NCBI GenBank assembly: GCA_001781205.1
Contig: MFLE01000014.1
Coordinates: 26,107-90,106 of the forward strand
Direction: 5' to 3'
Origin: Candidatus Kaiserbacteria bacterium RIFCSPHIGHO2_02_FULL_49_34
GTDB lineage: Bacteria; Patescibacteriota; Minisyncoccia; Phycocordibacterales; UBA918
DNA length: 64,000 nt
The notes beneath the pieces were generated by a model. The model was given only the letters and a program-made list of their open reading frames with translations, did no database searches and was not told the origin of the DNA. Made by a program: the position numbers and the translations under genes. Of the stretch, positions 59,358 through 64,000 are shown piece by piece. Each line of letters opens with the position of its first letter. Position 1 is the stretch's first letter.

Positions 59358-59783
59358 ATGAAGCAGAGCGAAACTCATACTGAAGTTCCCGCACCTACAC
59401 GCGTCGGTCGCGGCTCGTCGGGGCTAGGGCTTTTTGCAGAAACGTCAATTGCAAAGGGCGGTTTCATTATTGAATATACGGGCGAGCGCATTACCGTCGA
59501 TGAGGCCGATATGCGTGGCGGACAGTACCTTTTTCAGGTCACGGACACTCTCACCATTGATGGTCGTGACCGCTCTAATAAGGCCCGCTACATCAACCAC
59601 TCCTGCAAACCAAACGCCGAAGCCGAACATCTCGAAGACGGTGACCGTATCTTCATCCGCGCCAAAAAGTCCATCAAACCCGGCGAAGAAATCACCTACC
59701 ACTACGGCAAAGAATTCTTCGAAACCTACATCAAACCCAAAGGCTGCCGCTGCATAAAATGCGCCACACCCGGAAAGATATAG
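59358..59783 (+). CDS. SET-domain lysine methyltransferase
   Basis: GLGLFA, IIEYTGE, ARYINHSCKPN, GEEITYHY, post-SET CRCIKC. Confidence 0.92.
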   Translation: MKQSETHTEVPAPTRVGRGSSGLGLFAETSIAKGGFIIEYTGERITVDEADMRGGQYLFQVTDTLTIDGRDRSNKARYINHSCKPNAEAEHLEDGDRIFIRAKKSIKPGEEITYHYGKEFFETYIKPKGCRCIKCATPGKI

Positions 59784-59813
59784 AAAAACGACCTTTAAAG
59801 GTCGTTTTGTGTT

Positions 59814-60161
59814 TCAGGCAATGCAAATATTTTTACATTCTGCTTCGTAGAGAGGAGCAAGGGATTCCATGGCTTTGACTACCTTTTTGAATTCTTTGCC
59901 CTTCTTGGTGAGTGAGTATTCGACGCGTGGCGGAAGTTCGGCAAATACGACACGTTCGATGAGTCCTTCGAGCGCAGCGCGGTCGAGTTTTTGTGAGAGC
60001 GTCCGGCTTGAGATGCCGGAAAGTTCTTTATGAAGCTCAGAAAATCGCTTCGTGCCCTCAAGAAGCGCACGAATAATAAGGATGAGCCAAAAATCCCCCG
60101 CGACACGTGCAACACGTGACGTAGGACAATCAATACACACTGCAGGCATTTTTTCTTGCAT
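59814..60161 (-). CDS. HxlR-family winged-helix transcriptional regulator
   Basis: CP..GDFWLILII..KRFSEL..PPRVEYSLT. Confidence 0.9.
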   Translation of the reverse strand: MQEKMPAVCIDCPTSRVARVAGDFWLILIIRALLEGTKRFSELHKELSGISSRTLSQKLDRAALEGLIERVVFAELPPRVEYSLTKKGKEFKKVVKAMESLAPLYEAECKNICIA

Positions 60162-60181
60162 ATGCAGAAGCCTAGCACACT

Positions 60182-60466
60182 TTACAAAGGAAAGGAATAG
60201 ATATTTTTAGCCATATCGGTACCTTTGCTTCTTGCAGAGAGACCTTTTTTGGAGTATAACGAACCTGCACCATCAACCATTGGAGATTGTGTATGTACAG
60301 CAGCAGATATCCTCTTGCATGCTTCATGCAGATAGCTCGTCACACCCGTGAAAAACGAATGGCGGTAAATACCCGCAAACGCAAGCGTCAAAGCATAGCA
60401 ACGCGCGAGCGGTATCAGCGGCGACGCGCCGCACATCGATAAACCTTCCTGTTCTTGCTCCTTCAT
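60182..60466 (-). CDS. Possible hypothetical protein
   Basis: ORF fills the gap between spoVR and the HxlR gene; no motif. Confidence 0.25.
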   Translation of the reverse strand: MKEQEQEGLSMCGASPLIPLARCYALTLAFAGIYRHSFFTGVTSYLHEACKRISAAVHTQSPMVDGAGSLYSKKGLSARSKGTDMAKNIYSFPL

Positions 60467-60560
60467 ACACCGCTGCGCACACGCGTAGCGGTTTTACTTT
60501 GCAGCACACACAAAAAAATGCGACACCCGTAGGTGTCGCTTTTAAGAAAGAACTGATATG

Positions 60561-62141
60561 TCAGCGTTTAAAGAACTCAACGCGATCGACGCGTGCGAGG
60601 AGGCTCGTTGTGCCATCGCCATGATTCATGACAAGCTCAACGGGACACGTCCACAAATACGCGAGGAAGTACGTTGTCGAGTACGCCTCATCCGGCTCGA
60701 GTTGGCGTCCGCTGTGAGGCTGATACTCAACCCGAAGCGTTCGGTCACCCGTCACGTCAACCTCCGTCGCAACGATAACCGCCTCACGATGTGAGAGGCT
60801 GTACTGCTGCGAAAGATTCTCTCGGACAGTATGATAGCCGTCTTCGTCGTGAATTGCTTGCACGAGCGTATGATCAACTCCCTCCTTATTCAAGGTTGAG
60901 AACAGTTTCATGTCGCGCATGACTTTCGGCGAGAGGAATTGCGCAACAAACGAGTCGTCGCGGTAGTTCCGCATCGCCTCGTCGAGCACCTCACGCCAAT
61001 CCTTGCCGACAAGCTTCGGGAACCACTCGGCATCTTCGCGTTGTTGCGTAGCAGTGTCCTTATGGAACGTGCCGCCACGCCACACCCCTCCTTCAGCAAT
61101 GCGCCGAATATCGGTATACATCGACAGCCCGAGGTAGTACGGATTGATACCGCTGTAGTACGGATGGTTGTACGGCAATTGCCGCACGACCCCTGCATGT
61201 GACTTCAAAAACTCGAACATGAAGGGGTCGCCAACAACACCCGTGTCGTACAAACGCTGGAGAATCGTGTAGTGCCAGAACGTTGCCCAGCCTTCATTCA
61301 TCACCTGCGTCTGCCGTTGTGGCCAGAAATACTGTGCCACTTCGCGAACGATACGGATAATCTCCCGCTCCCATGCCTCCAAGAACGGCGCCTTTTCTTC
61401 GCAGAACTTCAGGATATTTTCCTGCGGTTCGTCGATGATGTTTTTGTTGCGTGATTCAACGGAGATATGCGAGTGATACCCGGGAATCGTATGCGCCCAC
61501 AAGTCGTTCACCTGTGATTGCCGATACTCTTCTCGTTCTTTGCGTGCCTCCTCTTTTTCGCGTTTTGTCTTCTCATGGGGGCGCTTCACCCGATCGACAC
61601 CATGCATCATAAGTGCATGGCACGCATCGAGCAGCCGCTCAACACGTTCGACCGTGTACTTCGTCTCACACTCCTTAATGTAGGCGCGCGCCGCAACCAG
61701 AAAGTCCACAATAATGCTCGGCTCTGTCCACATTTGGAACAGATAGTTGCCTTTGAAAAAGCTGTTGTGGCCATAGCACGCGTGTGCGATAACCAGGGCC
61801 TGCATCGTATTACTGTTTTGCTCCATGAGATACCCGATGCACGGGTCAGTGTTGATAACAATCTCGTACGCGAGCCCTTGTTGTCCGCGCTTGTATTGCT
61901 CGGACTCATGCACGAACTGCTGACCGCGCGACCAATGGTCGGCGTAGTCGACAGGGAGCCCGACCGATGAATACCGGTCGAGCATCTGTGCACTCGTGAT
62001 GTACTCGATTTGGATGGGATAGATGTCGAGCGCAAACTCGCCGCGTGCGACATGATCGATTGCCGCATGGTGACGCTCGACAGATTCGAACGTCCACTCA
62101 TGCGTATACGGCAACAGTGCATTCTGCTTGTAGCCACTCAT
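60561..62141 (-). CDS. ycgB: SpoVR/YcgB family protein
   Basis: GLAYEIVINTDPC, AHACYGHNSFFKGN, TQVMNEGWATFWH, GINPY; AAGGAG SD. Confidence 0.93.
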   Translation of the reverse strand: MSGYKQNALLPYTHEWTFESVERHHAAIDHVARGEFALDIYPIQIEYITSAQMLDRYSSVGLPVDYADHWSRGQQFVHESEQYKRGQQGLAYEIVINTDPCIGYLMEQNSNTMQALVIAHACYGHNSFFKGNYLFQMWTEPSIIVDFLVAARAYIKECETKYTVERVERLLDACHALMMHGVDRVKRPHEKTKREKEEARKEREEYRQSQVNDLWAHTIPGYHSHISVESRNKNIIDEPQENILKFCEEKAPFLEAWEREIIRIVREVAQYFWPQRQTQVMNEGWATFWHYTILQRLYDTGVVGDPFMFEFLKSHAGVVRQLPYNHPYYSGINPYYLGLSMYTDIRRIAEGGVWRGGTFHKDTATQQREDAEWFPKLVGKDWREVLDEAMRNYRDDSFVAQFLSPKVMRDMKLFSTLNKEGVDHTLVQAIHDEDGYHTVRENLSQQYSLSHREAVIVATEVDVTGDRTLRVEYQPHSGRQLEPDEAYSTTYFLAYLWTCPVELVMNHGDGTTSLLARVDRVEFFKR

Positions 62142-62165
62142 GATGTCTCTCCTTCGTGAACGTAA

Positions 62166-63464
62166 TTACTTCTCAATAAGATTGTGACGTTTGAAAAGCG
62201 AACGGAATGCCGGATAGATATCCGGGTAATCCATCACGCGTGCCATGCCAAACATTTCAGAATGATCATACTGCAAGTCAACGTACGACGCCCACAGATC
62301 CTGCGGGTTCTCCGCGATTTCAATGTACGCGAAGTACTGCAGGAGCGGCAGGAGCTCTTCTTCCATGATTTGCTCGCATACCTCCGTGTCGTCATTCCAG
62401 TTGTCACCGTCAGACGCTTGGCACACATACGCATTCCATGCATCGCCGGCATACTCTGCCTGAATAATTTCAGACACCAGCTCGAGCCCCGACGACACAA
62501 TCGTGCCGCCCGTTTCCTTCGAGTAGAAGAACTCATGCTCATCGCAGCGAACTGCTCTGGTATGATGGCGAATGAATTCAATCTTCACCGCATCCTTACC
62601 ATACGCACGCCGCAGAAAGAGATAGAGCAGAATATAGAACCGCTTCGCGATTTCTTTATCCTTCTCCGTCATCGAGCCTGAAACGTCCATAAGGCAGAAC
62701 ATCACCGCCTTCGCCGAAGGTTTCGGCACATCAATCAGTGACTTAAAACGCAAGTCAACCGTATCGAGCGCCACGGGATGCCGACTTTTAAGCTTCTCAA
62801 GCTTCTCGGCAAGTTCGCGTGCACGTGGATGCAATGCGCCGTGTGCGGCGATAACGTCAGCGAGCTCACGCTCACATTCGGCAATCGCCTCGTTCAGCAC
62901 GCCGCGCGCCGCGACTTTCCGCATAATGCTCTGCTTTTTGGTACGGAACACATGCAGCGCCGACGGATTACCGCTTGTTGCGACACCGCCACGGCGCTTC
63001 AGGGTTTCATGCACCAGGTCGATGTTCATCTTCGTAAGGTTCGGCAGTTCGAGATCTTCAAAGAAGATATCGAGTACCTCGTCCTCGCTCAGATGCATGA
63101 AGACAAAATCGTCTTCACCTCCACCGTCTTTACTTGCCTTTTTGCCACCTTTGCCGCCACCTTGCTTCGGATGTGGCACTTTGTCACCAGCATGCCACTT
63201 GTCGTTGCCGGGATGCACACCTTTGTGTGTACCGCCAACAGGGCGATAGTGCGGCTGCTGGAGGTCACGTTTCGGAATCTTTACATCTAAACCATCAGCA
63301 AAATCCTTAATATCACGTTTCTGTACTGAGTCGCTCACCTGCTCGCGCAGATAGTCCTTCATACGCCTGCTGAAACGTTCACGTAGAATCGGGCCGCGAG
63401 AATTATGTTCACCGCGACGGTCGATATACGTACCGTTTTGAGCACTGAATAATTTCTTATCCAT
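62166..63464 (-). CDS. yeaH: YeaH/YhbH (DUF444, vWA-like) protein
   Basis: FEDLELPNL, AVMFCLMDVSGSM, ETGGTIVSS, QASDGDNW; AAGGAG SD before ATG 63464. Confidence 0.92.
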   Translation of the reverse strand: MDKKLFSAQNGTYIDRRGEHNSRGPILRERFSRRMKDYLREQVSDSVQKRDIKDFADGLDVKIPKRDLQQPHYRPVGGTHKGVHPGNDKWHAGDKVPHPKQGGGKGGKKASKDGGGEDDFVFMHLSEDEVLDIFFEDLELPNLTKMNIDLVHETLKRRGGVATSGNPSALHVFRTKKQSIMRKVAARGVLNEAIAECERELADVIAAHGALHPRARELAEKLEKLKSRHPVALDTVDLRFKSLIDVPKPSAKAVMFCLMDVSGSMTEKDKEIAKRFYILLYLFLRRAYGKDAVKIEFIRHHTRAVRCDEHEFFYSKETGGTIVSSGLELVSEIIQAEYAGDAWNAYVCQASDGDNWNDDTEVCEQIMEEELLPLLQYFAYIEIAENPQDLWASYVDLQYDHSEMFGMARVMDYPDIYPAFRSLFKRHNLIEK

Positions 63465-63488
63465 TATGATTCTCCTTGCAATGTAATT

Positions 63489-63611
63489 CCTCGTTCTAAA
63501 CTGAGTGCAGTTGCGTTGGATGGAAGACATTTTTAACTGTAGGCGTACCCAATGTACGACGGAAGTTAAAAATGTCTGAAGCCAATGCAAATGCGCCAGT
63601 TTTGGGCGAGG
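63489..63611. repeat. Structured palindromic element family B, copy 3
   Basis: AAACTG-AGTGCAG-TTGCGTTGG..AGACATTTTTAACT..GGCGTAC-CCAAT-GTACGAC..AGTTAAAAATGTCT..CCAATGCAA-ATGCGC-CAGTTT. Confidence 0.85.
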
Positions 63612-63665
63612 CTCAAAGAAAAGAGGGGTGCCGCTGTGGCACCCCTCAGGTTTACGAACAGGCAA

Positions 63666-64000
63666 TTACGACTGCTTGCGCGCCCGCAGGTACCACTCGC
63701 TGAGCATTTTCACTTGTTTTGCGGTGTAGCCCTTCGCCATCATGCGCCCGACGAAATCGTCGTGCTTTTTCTGGTCTTCCTTGGAGGCCTTGGTTGTTGC
63801 CGTGATAACCGGCAGCAGCTCTTCGGTATTCGAGAACATCTTTTTCTCGATAACCGTGCGCAGCTTCTCGAAATCGGTCCATGCGGGCATTTGGCCTTCA
63901 TGGCTCGACTTCGCGCGGAGAATCCAGTTGACTACCTCGTTACGGAAGTCTTTCGGATTCGACACACCTGCAGGTTTCTCGATTTTCTCGAGCTCCTTGT
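63666..64000 (-). CDS. yeaG: PrkA/YeaG serine kinase, C-terminal part (runs off window end)
   Basis: EKPAGVSNPKDFRNEVVN..KKMFSNTEELLPVI..KGYTAKQV..EWYLR. Confidence 0.93.
   Translation of the reverse strand, partial: KELEKIEKPAGVSNPKDFRNEVVNWILRAKSSHEGQMPAWTDFEKLRTVIEKKMFSNTEELLPVITATTKASKEDQKKHDDFVGRMMAKGYTAKQVKMLSEWYLRARKQS

Noticed and set aside
63465-63665. YeaH N-terminal extension reading through the family B hairpin (in-frame coding insertion)
   Set aside because: A strong AAGGAG SD precedes ATG 63464 and family homology starts there. The similar extension of pilO from 40634 is also better explained by ATG 40700.
54563-64000. Prophage
   Set aside because: Accessory-looking genes are present, but no integrase, terminase, capsid or tail genes are recognisable.

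Overview
Bacterial chromosome segment of about 50% GC using the standard genetic code. Gene content points to a CPR/Patescibacteria (Parcubacteria-like) genome: reduced trigger factor and PheRS, dispersed type IV pilus genes, fermentative pgk/tpiA/xfp/ackA, and many ORFans. This taxonomy is inferred, not verified. Housekeeping loci include trhO (partial), tig, pheT-pheS, znuACB, rpsP, secE-nusG, gmk, ung, ftsH, smpB, tmRNA, mscL, lepB, an rpsU-like gene and yeaG-yeaH-spoVR. Main observations: (1) a umuDC-like pair whose S24 protein starts at the cleavage-site AG and has lost its Ser-Lys dyad, while the polymerase ends in a LexA-like pre-cleavage strand; (2) directly upstream, two tandem 7-blade repeat surface-protein genes with hypervariable loops; (3) two contrasting expression signatures, leaderless core genes versus TTGACA-promoter plus Shine-Dalgarno accessory genes; (4) two families of long palindromic intergenic elements; (5) a cluster of extracellular ligand-binding proteins with no transporter or output domain; (6) a MotA/ExbB-type three-gene module; (7) an AT-rich ABC-ATPase plus TOPRIM defence-like pair; (8) several pseudoenzymes resembling PilB, HisRS and prepilin peptidase. 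No CRISPR array, rRNA, tRNA, transposase or reverse transcriptase was seen. All family assignments come from motif recognition by eye, with no database searches.
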